Positions 32,523-43,469 of a stretch of 64,000 bases of DNA are shown here, one piece after another. Position 1 is the stretch's first letter; every line of letters starts with the position of its first letter. Origin of the DNA: an uncultured bacterium (GTDB lineage: Bacteria > Electryoneota > RPQS01); contig CAVTJX010000016.1 in the NCBI GenBank assembly GCA_963735175.1, positions 272,909 through 336,908 of the forward strand, given 5' to 3'. A program made the position numbers and the translations under genes. The notes beneath the pieces are model-generated. The model was not told the origin of the DNA, did not search any database, and saw only the letters and a list, made by a program, of their open reading frames with translations.

Positions 32523-33300
32523 TCAGTGTCCCCTGAATTCCGGCTTTCCGCTTTTCAAGAAACGCGGATGTGCCTTCGTTCTTGTCTTTGGTGCCGCAAC
32601 AGTATGCGAAGAGATTCTCTTCCACCTGCAACGCTTGATCAAGCCCCAATTGCAGACCCGCGTCAACCGCTTCAAGAATCGCCATCACTGCCAGTTTCGG
32701 CTTAGCCGCGAGATCTACCGCGAGCTTCCTCGCTGCTGGTAGCAGCTCGGCCGGCGGAATAACCTGATTCACCAGACCCCACTCCTTGGCTTCGGCGGCA
32801 CTGATCATGCGGCCTGTCAATAGCAGATCGAGCGCCCGTCCGCGGCCTACAAGTCGCGCCAGTCGCTGCGTGCCGCCGTAACCGGGAATGATCCCCAGAT
32901 TGACTTCCGGCTGCCCGAACTTCGCCGTTTCCGAAGCGAGGCGCAGATGGCAGGCCATCGCCAGTTCGCAGCCGCCGCCCAGCGCATAGCCGTTCACGGC
33001 GGCGATCACCGGCACGTGCAGCTTTTCAATGCGCGAGTAGAGCCCCAAGCCGCGTGCGGCAAAATCCTTGCCGGAGACGAGATCGAGATCCCGGATCTCC
33101 TCGATATCCGCGCCCGCCACGAAGCTCTTCTCCCCCGCCCCGGTCACGATCACGGCGCCGACGCTGTTGTCCTGCTCCAGATCGGCAAAGAGCGCGTCTA
33201 GTTCCAGAATCGCCGCTACATTCAGCGCGTTCATCGCCTGTGGCCGGTTCACCGTTACCACCGCCACTGCGCCGTCGCGCTCGAGCTGAAGATGTTCCAT
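32523..33300 (-). CDS. enoyl-CoA hydratase / crotonase (frameshift at extreme C-terminus)
   Basis: NRPQAMNALN, FVAGADI, AVNGYALGGGCELAMAC, FGQPEVNLGIIPGYGGTQRL; corrected end EKRKPEFRGH. Confidence 0.93.
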
Positions 33301-33326
33301 GGGAAACCCCAGAATATCCGTTGTGC

Positions 33327-34988
33327 TTAGAAATTCAAACCGGGAATCTTTACGTCCTTCGCCTTCGCCGTCTCCGTCGCCAGCTCGTAGCCCGCGTCGT
33401 GATGACGGAAGAGACCCATTGCGGGATCATTGGTCAAGAACTCGCTGCAATCTCGCGGCGGCGCTGGCCGTGCCGTCGGCGACGATCACCTGGCCCGCGT
33501 GCAGCGAGGCGCCGATGCCCACGCCGCCGCCGTGATGGTAGCTCACCCACGACGCGCCTGAGGCGGTGCTCACCAGCGCGTTCAGGATCGGCCAGTCAGC
33601 CACGGCGTCCGAGCCGTCCTTCATGCTTTCGGTTTCGCGATAGGGCGAAGCCACCGAGCCGCAATCCAGATGGTCGCGGCCAATCACCACCGGCGCGGAG
33701 ACTTTCTTCGCGCGCACGAGTTCGTTGATGGCGAGGCCCAGCTTTGCGCGGTCACCCTGGCCCAGCCAGCAGATGCGCGCGGGAATTCCCTGGAACGGAA
33801 TCTTCGGCGTCGCTTCCACAATCCAGCGGCGCAGGTTCTCGTTCTCGGGGAAGATTCGCAACACTTCCGCGTCGATGGTGTAGATGTCGGCGGGATCGCC
33901 CGAAAGCGCGGCCCAGCGGAACGGGCCCTTGCCTTCGCAGAACAGCGGGCGGATATAGGCGGGGACGAACCCCGGATAGGCGAAGGCGTTTTCAAATCCC
34001 GCGCGCAGCGCCTGGCCGCGCAGGTTGTTGCCGTAGTCGAAGGTGACGGCGCCGCGGTTCTGGAATTCCACCATCGCCTGCGTATGCACCACCATCGCCG
34101 CGGTGCTGCGGCGGATGTATTCGGCAGGGTCGCTCTTGCGCAGCGCGCGGGCGTCCTCCAGCGAAATCCCGTTGGGCACGTAGCCGTTCAGTTCGTCGTG
34201 CGCGCTGGTCTGGTCCGTCACCACGTCGGGCAGCACGTTGCGTTTCAGCAGTTCCGGCAGCACGTCGGCGCAGTTGCCCCGCAGACCGACGGACAATGCC
34301 GTGCCGCTTGTTTTGGCCGCCAGCACCCACTGCAGCGCTTCGTCGAGGCTTTCCGTGGCCTTGTCGCAATAGCCGATCTCCACGCGCCGCTGGATGCGCA
34401 CCGGGTCAACGTCCACGCACAGCACCGCGCCGCCGCAAAGCGTGACGCTCAGCGGCTGCGCGCCACCCATGCCACCGAGGCCCCCCGTCAATGTCCACGT
34501 GCCTTTCAGCGAGCCGTTGAAGTGCTTCTTCGCCAGAGAGGCGAAGGTTTCGAACGTGCCCTGCAGGATGCCCTGCGTGCCGATGTAGATCCACGAGCCC
34601 GCCGTCATCTGGCCGTACATGATGAGGCCCTTGGCTTCCAGTTCGTGGAAGTACTTCCAGTTCGCCCACTGCGGTACCAGATTGGAATTGGCAATCAGCA
34701 CGCGCGGGGCATTGACGTGCGTCGTCACCACACCTACGGGTTTGCCCGACTGCACCAGCAGCGTCTGATCATTTTCGACAGCTTCTTCAGCGCGTCAATG
34801 ATGGCAAAGAGCGCATCGCGATTGCGGGCGGCTTTTCCGGCACCGCCATAGACGATTAACTGCTCGCGGTCTTCGGCGACATCGGGATGGAGATTATTCA
34901 GCAACATGCGCAGCGCGGCTTCCTGAATCCAGCCCTTACAGGAGAGCTGCGTGCCTCGCGGCGGGAGTGGTATGTCGGTTAGAGTCAT
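33327..34988 (-). CDS. hutU: urocanate hydratase (frameshifts near 34778 and 33436)
   Basis: [71 protein letters not shown]. Confidence 0.96.
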
Positions 34989-35119
34989 AGCAAGTTACTC
35001 ACAAAAAGTGGGTCCCGGCGCAAATGTGACCGTTAATTGCTTGTAATTTATAACAGATGAACTGTCGATGGCCGGGGGAACAGATGGGCAGACCAGAAGG
35101 GGAAAGTCTTATTTTTGCT

Positions 35120-35148
35120 AATATACGCACCTCAATTTGGAAATGCAA
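35120..35148 (-). promoter_or_regulatory. sigma70-type promoter upstream of hutU
   Basis: TTGCAT-N17-TATATT. Confidence 0.65.
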
Positions 35149-35273
35149 CCCAGCATTCGGTGCTGTAGCGGTCCGCGCTAACGCCAGTGATTGCCGCGAT
35201 TAGCTTCTGATTCGTTCCCATACCGACAAACGTTGCGCGGGACACATTCGCCCGCCACAAGCGACGTCTACCT

Positions 35274-35310
35274 AAAGAAAAAGGCGCATCCGAAACAGAT
35301 TCGCCTTTTT
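35274..35310 (-). terminator. intrinsic terminator at the end of the alpha operon
   Basis: AAAAAGGCG...CGCCTTTTT hairpin downstream of rplQ. Confidence 0.7.
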
Positions 35311-35389
35311 CCATTAGTACTATATAGACTGCGCGAAGCGCGCAGAATTCAACGGGCTACGCCATCAGGTGCAGCACCGCGTGCTGCCG

Positions 35390-35986
35390 TTAGCGCTCGC
35401 CGCTCTTCTTCTGCGACGGAGACTTCTTCGTGGCGGCGCGGCTGGCGCCTTCGCCCTTGCGGCCCGGCTCCTTCTTGGGACGGGCGGCCTTGGCGGCAGA
35501 TTTCTTCTCGCCGTCTTCGGACTTCTTCTTGGCAGACTTTCTTCGCCAACGGACCCTTCTTCGCCGAGCGGCCTTTTCCTTCTTTTCCTTCTCTGCGGCC
35601 TTCTGTTCGGCCTTGGCGACGACGACGCCTTCGTACCCGACGAGTTCGATGATCGCCAGCGGGGCATTATCGCCGACGCGGTTGCCGAGCTTGATGATGC
35701 GGGTGTAGCCGCCGTGGCGCTCGGCGAAGGCCGGGGCGATTTCGTCGAACAGGCTCTGCACCACCGCGCGGCGGTTGATGAAGCGCGCGACGTGACGGCG
35801 GGCCGCGACGTGGCCCTTCTTGGCCGTGGTCACCAGCTTCTCCGCGAACGGCCGGAGTTCCTTGGCCTTGACGAGCGTCGTGCGGATGCGCTTGTGCTGG
35901 AACAGTTCCTGCGCGAGGTTGTTCAGCAGCGCTTTGCGGTGGCTGGTCGAGCGGCTGAGGCTGCGGCCTTTATTAAGGTGTCTCAT
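35390..35986 (-). CDS. rplQ: 50S ribosomal protein L17 with C-terminal extension
   Basis: [30 protein letters not shown]. Confidence 0.96.
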   Translation of the reverse strand: MRHLNKGRSLSRSTSHRKALLNNLAQELFQHKRIRTTLVKAKELRPFAEKLVTTAKKGHVAARRHVARFINRRAVVQSLFDEIAPAFAERHGGYTRIIKLGNRVGDNAPLAIIELVGYEGVVVAKAEQKAAEKEKKEKAARRRRVRWRRKSAKKKSEDGEKKSAAKAARPKKEPGRKGEGASRAATKKSPSQKKSGER

Positions 35987-36975
35987 TTCTTTTCGTAGTC
36001 GGGGTTGAGATACTTGTCCACGTCCATCCCGAAATGCAGGCCCTTGGACTTGAGAATCTCCGTCAGTTCGACGAGGGACTTGCGGCCGAAGTTCTTGAAC
36101 TTGAGCATCTCGGGTTCTTCGCGGCGGACGAGGTCGGCGATCGTGCGGATGCGCGCTTCCTTGAGGCAGTTGGCGCTGCGCACGGACAGTTCCAGGTCCT
36201 CCACCGGCTTGCGCAGCAACTTGCGGATGTGGAGCGTCTCCTCGTCGATATCCTCTTCCTCTTCCTTCTCGGGCTTGATGTCGAAGTTGATGAAGAGCTG
36301 AATGTGGTCGCGCAGCGTGCGGGCGGCGAAGGTCAGCGCGTCGTCGGGAGTGATCGAACCGTCGGTCCAGATTTCGAGGGTCAGCTTTTCGTAGTCGATG
36401 CGCTGGCCGACGCGGGTATTTTCGATCGTATAGGTGACGTTGCGAATCGGCGAAAACACGCTGTCGAGGGGGATCGTGCCGATCGGCGCGTCGGCCGGGC
36501 GGTTCTCCTCGGCGGGCACGTAGCCGCGCCCCTTGCGGATCTGCAATTCGATCTTCACTTCGGCGTCGCGGTTGAGCGTCGCGATGTGATGATCGGGATT
36601 CAGAACTTCGAAATCGTTGTTGCCGATCTGGATGTCGCGGGCCGTGAATTCCTTGGGGCCGCGCAGATGCAGCACGACCTTGTCCGGCTTCTTGTTGAGC
36701 AGCTTGAAGCGGACCTGCTTCAGATTCAGCACGATTTCCGTCACGTCTTCGGCGACGCCGGGGATGGTGGCGAATTCGTGCAGCACGCCGTCGATCTTGA
36801 GCGAGACGATGGCCGCGCCTTGCAGCGACGACAGGAGTACACGACGAAGGCTGTTGCCGATGGTTACGCCATAGCCGCGTTCCAGGGGCTGGACGATGAA
36901 GCGGCCATACGTGTCGGTATGCGTCGACTCATCGATTTCCACCGCCTCGGGCATCTGGAAATTCAAACCGTTCAT
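35983..36975 (-). CDS. rpoA: RNA polymerase subunit alpha
   Basis: [39 protein letters not shown]. Confidence 0.98.
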   Translation of the reverse strand: MNGLNFQMPEAVEIDESTHTDTYGRFIVQPLERGYGVTIGNSLRRVLLSSLQGAAIVSLKIDGVLHEFATIPGVAEDVTEIVLNLKQVRFKLLNKKPDKVVLHLRGPKEFTARDIQIGNNDFEVLNPDHHIATLNRDAEVKIELQIRKGRGYVPAEENRPADAPIGTIPLDSVFSPIRNVTYTIENTRVGQRIDYEKLTLEIWTDGSITPDDALTFAARTLRDHIQLFINFDIKPEKEEEEDIDEETLHIRKLLRKPVEDLELSVRSANCLKEARIRTIADLVRREEPEMLKFKNFGRKSLVELTEILKSKGLHFGMDVDKYLNPDYEKK

Positions 36976-36995
36976 GTATCTCCTCGAGGGAATGA

Positions 36996-37625
36996 TTAGC
37001 GGGAGTAAAGCTCAACGACCAACTGCTCGTTGGCGTCGAAGGGGATTTCCGCGCGGCTGGGAACCGTCACGAACACACCTTCCATTTTCGCCTTGTCGAG
37101 CATGAGATTGGTCATCATCTTCGCGTCGCGCGCCTTCTGCATCGCCTCGTGGATCACGCCCAGCTTCTTCGAGCGCTCGCGCACGCGGATGCGGTCGTTG
37201 GCCCGAAGCACGAAGGACGGAATGTTCACGATGCGATCGTTCACGAGGAAATGACGATGGCGGACCAACTGCCGCGCCTGGCGGCGGGAGCTGGCGAAGC
37301 CGATGCGGTAAACGACGTTGTCGAGCCGGCTTTCGAGCATGCCCAGCAAGTTTTCGCCGGTCACACCCTTCTGGCGCTGCGCTTCAGTGAAGAAGCGGTG
37401 GAACTGGCGCTCCAGCAGGCCGTAGGTCTCGCGGATCTTCTGCTTCTCGCGGAGCTGGATGCCGTATTGCGAGATCTTGCCGCGGCGGCTGCGGCCGTGC
37501 ATGCCGGGGGCGTAGCCCTTCTTGTCGAAGGTGCACTTGGGGCCGACACACTTGTCGCCCTTCAAGTAGAGCTTGCGGCCTTCGCGGCGGCAGATCCGGC
37601 AAACCGGTTGGTGATTAAGAGCCAT
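36996..37625 (-). CDS. rpsD: 30S ribosomal protein S4 (zinc-binding type)
   Basis: CRICRREG, LESRLDNVVYR, VVELYSR. Confidence 0.98.
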   Translation of the reverse strand: MALNHQPVCRICRREGRKLYLKGDKCVGPKCTFDKKGYAPGMHGRSRRGKISQYGIQLREKQKIRETYGLLERQFHRFFTEAQRQKGVTGENLLGMLESRLDNVVYRIGFASSRRQARQLVRHRHFLVNDRIVNIPSFVLRANDRIRVRERSKKLGVIHEAMQKARDAKMMTNLMLDKAKMEGVFVTVPSRAEIPFDANEQLVVELYSR

Positions 37626-37682
37626 AGCCTCTGTATGCTGTCAAACGAATAGTATTTGAACTGAGAACGCCCGTCACGGAAA

Positions 37683-38072
37683 TTAGACGCGGCGGCGTTT
37701 GGGGGGCCGGCAGCCGTTGTGCGGCAGCGGCGTGACGTCGCGGATCGTGATGATCCCCAGGCCCGACGCCGCCAGAGAGCGGATCGCGCCGTCGCGGCCG
37801 CCGCCCGGTCCGCGGACCTCGATGATTACCTTCTTCAGGCCGAGGCTCATCGCCGCCTTGGCGGCGTTGTCGGCCGCCAGCTGCGCCGCGAACGGCGTGT
37901 TCTTGCGGCTGCCGCGGAGTCCCATCTTCCCCGCCGAAGCCCAGGAGATGGTGTTGCCGTAGTTATCGGTGATCGTGATGATCGTGTTATTGAAAGACGA
38001 CTTGATGTGCGCCACACCGGTCGCTTCCACGCGTTCTTTTTTCTTCTTGGTCTCTTTTTTCGCCGTAGCCAA
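37683..38072 (-). CDS. rpsK: 30S ribosomal protein S11
   Basis: [29 protein letters not shown]; TTG start. Confidence 0.98.
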   Translation of the reverse strand: MATAKKETKKKKERVEATGVAHIKSSFNNTIITITDNYGNTISWASAGKMGLRGSRKNTPFAAQLAADNAAKAAMSLGLKKVIIEVRGPGGGRDGAIRSLAASGLGIITIRDVTPLPHNGCRPPKRRRV

Positions 38073-38139
38073 AACTGGAATCTCCGGTTAAGCCCACCCG
38101 GCTGCTCTGCCGGACGGATGCCCCCACTGTAGCGGCCGC

Positions 38140-38520
38140 TTACTTCGCGGCGGGCTTCCTGTTGTGAATCACCTGGCCCTTTTTCTTGCCCTTGCGGGTG
38201 CGGGCGTTGTTCTTCGTGTTCTGGCCGCGCACGGGCAGACCCTTGCGGTGGCGCAGGCCACGATAGGACCCGATGTCCATCAGGCGCTTGATATTCGTCT
38301 GAATCTCGGTGCGCAGCGGGCCTTCGACTTTGAGGTCGGCCACACGGGCACGGATCGCCGCCAGCTCGGGGTCGGTGAGCTGATGGGTGCGCTTGTTGAA
38401 GTCGACGCCGCAATCGGTGAGGATTCGCTGCGAGAGCGGACGCCCGATGCCGAACACGTAGGTCAGCGCCACTTCAATGCGCTTGTCGCGGGGGATATCA
38501 ATACCGGCTATACGCGCCAT
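38140..38520 (-). CDS. rpsM: 30S ribosomal protein S13
   Basis: [23 protein letters not shown]. Confidence 0.98.
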   Translation of the reverse strand: MARIAGIDIPRDKRIEVALTYVFGIGRPLSQRILTDCGVDFNKRTHQLTDPELAAIRARVADLKVEGPLRTEIQTNIKRLMDIGSYRGLRHRKGLPVRGQNTKNNARTRKGKKKGQVIHNRKPAAK

Positions 38521-38575
38521 AACAACAAATGCCTCTGAGGGTCAGGTTGCTTGAGTCGGAAAACCGCCGCCGGGC

Positions 38576-38692
38576 TTAGCCCTGGCGCTGCTTGTGCTTC
38601 TTCGTCCGTGAGCAGATTACATAGACGCGGCCGCGGCGGCGCACGATCTTGCAATACTCACACATCTTCTTGACGGACGTACGGACTTTCAT
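38576..38692 (-). CDS. rpmJ: 50S ribosomal protein L36 (below ORF-track cutoff)
   Basis: manual translation [38 protein letters not shown]. Confidence 0.97.
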   Translation of the reverse strand: MKVRTSVKKMCEYCKIVRRRGRVYVICSRTKKHKQRQG

Positions 38693-38737
38693 GGGTGGGA
38701 GTGTCCCGGATAACGGTCAATCGGGGTCGAAAAAAAA

Positions 38738-39022
38738 TCATTTGTAGCGGTAAGTGATGCGGCCGCGATGCAGATCGTACGGCGACAACTCCACCGTCAC
38801 TCGGTCCCCGGGAAGAATCTTGATGAAGTGCATGCGCATTTTACCGGAGATATGCGCCAACACCTTGTGCTGGTTCTCCAGAACAACGCGGAATGTGGCG
38901 TTGGGGAGGCATTCCTCGATCACGCCGTCCACCTTGATGGCAGATTCCTTGGTCGTGGTTTTCTTCTCCGCGGGTCTCGGGCTCGGGGCAGTATGTGTAT
39001 GCGTCTGTCGGGGTCGAATCAT
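38738..39022 (-). CDS. infA: translation initiation factor IF-1 (N-terminally extended)
   Basis: [36 protein letters not shown]; ATGA overlap with map. Confidence 0.95.
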   Translation of the reverse strand: MIRPRQTHTHTAPSPRPAEKKTTTKESAIKVDGVIEECLPNATFRVVLENQHKVLAHISGKMRMHFIKILPGDRVTVELSPYDLHRGRITYRYK

Positions 39023-39774
39023 TGTGTCAGGATCTCCGCGTCGCCTTCGGTGATGACAACCGTGTGCTCGAAGTGCGCCGACGGTTTCCGGTCCCTGGTG
39101 AGGACTTGCCACTCGCCGATCATATCCACCTCGTGGGTGCCGAGATTGATCATCGGCTCAATGGCCAGGGTCATGTTCTTGCGCAGGAGCGGCCCGCGGT
39201 GCGGTTCGCCGTAGTTGGGAACCTGCGGATCTTCGTGCAGCCGCCGTCCGATGCCGTGTCCCACGAGGTCGCGGACGACGCCGCAGCCCTGCGCTTCCAC
39301 GTAACTCTGGATGGCATGCCCGATGTCGGAAAGCCGGTTGCCCGCGCGGGCCGCGGCAATCCCCAGTTCCAGCGCGTGTTCCGTGATCTCCAGCAACCGC
39401 GTGCGCGAGGCGTCGATCTCGCCGATGGCGTAGGTGCGGGCCGCGTCGGCGTGAAAGCCGCGAAATTGTACTCCGATATCCAGGCCGATGATCGTGCCAC
39501 TCTGCAGGATCTGCCCAGCCGGGATGCCGTGCACCACTTCGGCCTCGATGGAGAAACAGACGGAGGCGGGAAATGGATTGCCGCTCGCATTCGGATAATT
39601 CTTGAACGCGGCGATGGCCCCGGCGGCGCGGATGTAGTCGTCCACGGCCCGGTCCACGTCGCGGGCGACGGTGCCCGGCTTCATCAGCGGCGCGGCGACC
39701 TCGAAAGCTCCGGCGAGGAGCTTTCCCGCCAGGCGCATCAGTTCGATTTCGCGGTCGGTCTTGACAATGATCAC
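39019..39774 (-). CDS. map: type I methionyl aminopeptidase
   Basis: VVHGIP, DIG..DAART, GHGIG..LHEDP, AIEPM, SAHFEHT. Confidence 0.97.
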   Translation of the reverse strand: MIIVKTDREIELMRLAGKLLAGAFEVAAPLMKPGTVARDVDRAVDDYIRAAGAIAAFKNYPNASGNPFPASVCFSIEAEVVHGIPAGQILQSGTIIGLDIGVQFRGFHADAARTYAIGEIDASRTRLLEITEHALELGIAAARAGNRLSDIGHAIQSYVEAQGCGVVRDLVGHGIGRRLHEDPQVPNYGEPHRGPLLRKNMTLAIEPMINLGTHEVDMIGEWQVLTRDRKPSAHFEHTVVITEGDAEILTQ

Positions 39775-40436
39775 GCGAGTTCCGGATCCATGGCGATCAG
39801 CAACCGGGCAAAAACTTCGTTTTCCGAATCGAGACCCGAAATCTGACGAAGGTTTCCGTTCTTCCGGTAATAATTGATCAGCGGCAGCGTCTTCTCGTCA
39901 TAGACTTTCAGCCGCGCCTGAATTGTGGCGGGTTGATCGTCTTCACGCTGGATCACGTTCGGCTGACCCTTGGGACAGCGATGCTGCTCGGTGACCTGCG
40001 GATTCGTCTTCAGGCTGAACGTCGCGCCGCAAGTCGTACACACCCGGCGCGCGGACAGGCGGTCGATGATCACCTCCGGCGGCACCTCGATGGAGATCAC
40101 GCGCGGGGCCGGCAGGTTCACGTCCTCAAGCAGCGTTTCCAGCGCTTGCGCCTGGGGCACGGTGCGCGGAAAGCCGTCGAAGATCGCGCCGCGGACGGCG
40201 TCGTCCGCCAGCAGCCGGCGGCGGACCATGTCGATGATCACATCGTCGGGCACCAACTCGCCGCGGTTCATCAATTCGCTGGCCTTATTTCCCAGCTCGG
40301 TGCCGGCTTGAGCCTCAGCGCGCAAGATATCGCCGGTCGAAATCTGCGGGATCTCGAGGTGCTGCGCCAGACGCTGCGCCTGCGTTCCTTTGCCCACTCC
40401 CACGGCGCCGAGCAGGATCAGGGTGTACTTGGACAT
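39771..40436 (-). CDS. adk: adenylate kinase
   Basis: GAVGVGKGTQA, STGDILR, GELVPD, DGFPRT, REDD. Confidence 0.96.
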   Translation of the reverse strand: MSKYTLILLGAVGVGKGTQAQRLAQHLEIPQISTGDILRAEAQAGTELGNKASELMNRGELVPDDVIIDMVRRRLLADDAVRGAIFDGFPRTVPQAQALETLLEDVNLPAPRVISIEVPPEVIIDRLSARRVCTTCGATFSLKTNPQVTEQHRCPKGQPNVIQREDDQPATIQARLKVYDEKTLPLINYYRKNGNLRQISGLDSENEVFARLLIAMDPELA

Positions 40437-40475
40437 CCGCACTCCCGGGTCAGAGCGGAGCGCCGTAACGGACAG

Positions 40476-41804
40476 TTACATCCGGCGGCGGCCGCGAATG
40501 CGACCGGATTTCATCAGACCGTCATAATGCCGCATCACCAGATGCGACTCAACCTGCTGCAGCGTATCGAGGGTGACGCCGACCACGATCAGAATCGTGG
40601 TCCCGCCGAAGAAACTGGCGAAATTATAGGACACGTTGAAGCGGGAAGTGATGATCGTCGGCAGAACCGCGATTGCCGCCAGCGCGAAGGCGCCGGGCAG
40701 CGTGACGCGGGACAGGATCGAATCGATGAAATCGGAGGTCTGCTTGCCGGGCCGGATGCCGGGAATAAAACCGCCGTTCTTCTTCATGTTGTCCGCCAGG
40801 TCCACGGGATTGAGTACGATGGCGGTGTAGAAATAGGTGAAGAAGATAATCAGCAAGGCTTCCATGACAAGATAGGTCGCCCCCTGAGTCGAGAACATAT
40901 TGACGACCGCGTCATGGAGTCCGCCCTCGGGCAGGAACGTCGCCACCGAGGAAGGAATGAACATGATCGACTGTGCGAAGATGATGGGCATTACACCGGC
41001 GGAATTGACGCGCAGCGGGATGTGCGTACTCTGCCCGCCGTAGGTTTTGCGGCCCACCGTGCGTTTGGCGTACTGCACGGGTATCTTGCGCATACCCTGG
41101 GTTAAGCCGACCACCGCCATCGTGATCGCGAACAACATCCCGATGAATAGCACGTCAACCAGAATATTGCGCGTCCCGGCCTGCACCATTTGCGCCTCTT
41201 CGATGATGGCGTAGGGCAGGCGGTCGATGATACCGATAAAGATCAGCAGTGAAATGCCGTTGCCGATGCCGCGTTCCGTAATCTGCTCGCCCAACCACAT
41301 GATGAGCGTCGTGCCCGCGGCCAGCGTCACCATCGTCAGGAAGCGGAAGCCGAAACCCGGGCTGGGGACGACCGGCGCGCCGGAGGTGGCCACGAGGCGC
41401 TCGAGGAAGATCGAGACGCCGCCGGCCTGCAGCGCGGCGATGACGACGGTGCCGTAGCGCGTAAGCTGGGTGATCTTCTTGCGCCCTTCCTCGCCTTCCT
41501 TCTGCAGCTTCTGGAAGTACGGAACGACCGTACCCATGAGCTGGAAGATGATCGAGGCCGAAATGTAGGGCATGATGCCAAGCGCGAAGATCGTGGCCCG
41601 CTGGAAGGCGCCGCCCACGAACATGTCATAGAGCCCGAACAGCGTGTTGGCATTCTGCTGGAAAAACTCCGCCAGAGCGCCGGCATTGATGCCGGCAACC
41701 GGAACGTGTCCGCCGATGCGGTACACGAGAAAGATCAGGAGCGTGAAGAGAATGCGATCCCGCAGTTCGGGGATCTTGAAAATGTTCTGGACACGTTCTA
41801 ACAT
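40476..41804 (-). CDS. secY: preprotein translocase SecY
   Basis: ALGIMPYISASII, WLGEQITERGIGNGISL, IPGIRPG. Confidence 0.98.
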   Translation of the reverse strand: MLERVQNIFKIPELRDRILFTLLIFLVYRIGGHVPVAGINAGALAEFFQQNANTLFGLYDMFVGGAFQRATIFALGIMPYISASIIFQLMGTVVPYFQKLQKEGEEGRKKITQLTRYGTVVIAALQAGGVSIFLERLVATSGAPVVPSPGFGFRFLTMVTLAAGTTLIMWLGEQITERGIGNGISLLIFIGIIDRLPYAIIEEAQMVQAGTRNILVDVLFIGMLFAITMAVVGLTQGMRKIPVQYAKRTVGRKTYGGQSTHIPLRVNSAGVMPIIFAQSIMFIPSSVATFLPEGGLHDAVVNMFSTQGATYLVMEALLIIFFTYFYTAIVLNPVDLADNMKKNGGFIPGIRPGKQTSDFIDSILSRVTLPGAFALAAIAVLPTIITSRFNVSYNFASFFGGTTILIVVGVTLDTLQQVESHLVMRHYDGLMKSGRIRGRRRM

Positions 41805-42244
41805 CAGGCTGTGACCACCTTACCGCCGGCATCGGCGATTTTCTTTGCGGCTGCCACGGAAACCTCACAATTGTGGATCTCGAAGGCGCGCACGGCCTCA
41901 CCCGTCGCCAGAATCTTGACGGCCACGTCGGCGTGCCGGATCAGGCCGGCCTTGGCCAGCATACCCGGTTCGATGATCGTGCCGGCGGGGAGCTTGACGA
42001 GGTCGCGCAGATTGACGACCTGAACCTGGTCAGCCCAGATGTTCTTGAAGCCGCGTTTGGGGAGGCGGCGGTGAATCGGCATCTGGCCGCCCTCGAAGCC
42101 GCGCTTCTTGGTCGAGCCTGAGCGGGAATAGTAACCCTTTTCGCCGCGCCCAGCGCTGCCGCCAAGGCCCGAGGACGAGCCGCGACCGCGCCGCTTCTTG
42201 GAGTGGGTTGAGCCGGGAGCGGGGGAAAGATTGTTCAGAGGCAT
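41804..42244 (-). CDS. rplO: 50S ribosomal protein L15
   Basis: GFEGGQMPIHRRLPKRGF. Confidence 0.97.
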   Translation of the reverse strand: MPLNNLSPAPGSTHSKKRRGRGSSSGLGGSAGRGEKGYYSRSGSTKKRGFEGGQMPIHRRLPKRGFKNIWADQVQVVNLRDLVKLPAGTIIEPGMLAKAGLIRHADVAVKILATGEAVRAFEIHNCEVSVAAAKKIADAGGKVVTA

Positions 42245-42248
42245 GCCG

Positions 42249-42438
42249 TTATCCCTTCGACTTCTTCCCACTTCACAAGGTGGGAGACGCGGTTGATCAT
42301 CCCGCGCACGGCGGGGTTATCGGGAAGCACGCGGGTCTCGTGCAGACGGTGAAAGCCCAGGGCTTTAACCGTGTCCTTCTGCACGTGTTGCCGGCCGATG
42401 GTGCTCCGTTCGAGCGTGACTTTAAGTAATTTTGCCAT
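42249..42438 (-). CDS. rpmD: 50S ribosomal protein L30 (probable extra G before the stop)
   Basis: KVTLERSTIG, NPAVRGMINRVSHLV. Confidence 0.94.
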
Positions 42439-42461
42439 GAGGGTGCGCTAAGCTTTCGGTG

Positions 42462-43010
42462 TTATGCGGTGAACACTTCGCGCAGCGAGATGCCGCGGCG
42501 TTCGGCCACCATGCGCACGTCGGTCATTTCGTCGAGGGCTACAAAGACCGCCTTGACGACGTTGTGCGGGTTATTCGTGCCCATCACCTTGGTCAGCACG
42601 TCGCGCACGCCCAGGCACTCCATAATGAGGCGCACTGAGCCGCCGGCGATCACGCCCGTACCGGGAGTGGCGGGGCGTAAAAAGACGCGTCCCGCGCCGA
42701 ACTTGCCAAAGGTGGGATGCGGCAGCGTAACGCCGATGAGCGGGTAGCGCTTCATCGACCGTTTCGCCTGGCCCGTGGCCTTGGAAATGGCGTCGACGAC
42801 TTCGTTGGCCTTGCCCATGCCGAAGCCGGCGCGGCCCTTGCCGTCTCCGACGACGACGACGGCGTTGAAGGAGAAGTTGCGGCCGCCCTTGACCACCTTG
42901 GCCACGCGGTTGATGACCACGACTTTTTCAATCAGGGATTCGCCGCCGGAGTAATCCGAGTCGCGTTCCCGATCCCGCCGCCGCGGGCCGCGTTCTTGCT
43001 GATCGTTCAT
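42462..43010 (-). CDS. rpsE: 30S ribosomal protein S5
   Basis: [25 protein letters not shown]. Confidence 0.98.
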   Translation of the reverse strand: MNDQQERGPRRRDRERDSDYSGGESLIEKVVVINRVAKVVKGGRNFSFNAVVVVGDGKGRAGFGMGKANEVVDAISKATGQAKRSMKRYPLIGVTLPHPTFGKFGAGRVFLRPATPGTGVIAGGSVRLIMECLGVRDVLTKVMGTNNPHNVVKAVFVALDEMTDVRMVAERRGISLREVFTA

Positions 43011-43018
43011 CGAATCCT

Positions 43019-43391
43019 TTAGAATTGAAGACCGCCCTTGCGGGCTCCTTCGGCGACCGCCTGAATGCGGCCGTGATAGCGGAAACCGTTGCGGTCGAAC
43101 ACGACCTGCTGGATACTTTTTTCAAGCGCCTTGCGCGCGCATGCTTCGCCCACGAGCCTGGCCGGTCTCGATGGGCTTCTTGCCCTTGAGGCTGTCGCGC
43201 AGCTCCGGAGTCAGCGAGGAGACGCCGGTGATCGTGATCCCGGCCTCGTCGTCGACGAGTTGGGCGTAGATCTGCCGCTCGGAGCGGAAGACGACGAGGC
43301 GCGGCCTCACGGCCGTGCCCGACACGATTTTGCGGATGTGCTTCTTACGGCGCGCCCGGCCTTTGGCTTTTTTCTGGGATAGGGTCGACAT
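43019..43391 (-). CDS. rplR: 50S ribosomal protein L18 (frameshift near 43162)
   Basis: [17 protein letters not shown]; [14 protein letters not shown]...GGLQF in the shifted frame. Confidence 0.95.
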
Positions 43392-43469
43392 GGGATGGAA
43401 TTTCCTGACTGACGCCCGCCGTATGCGACGGTATTAACCATCGCGCGGCAGGCCAAGACTGTTACCGGA

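Noticed and set aside
32098-33300. Apparent crotonase-HutI fusion (400-aa ORF)
   Set aside because: Removing one A in CGGAAAGCCG restores the normal end EKRKPEFRGH-stop at 32523, with a TTG start for hutI 5 nt later.
35150-35270. Possible ncRNA between the alpha-operon terminator and the hutU promoter
   Set aside because: Only weak short stems and no recognisable family motif; insufficient support.
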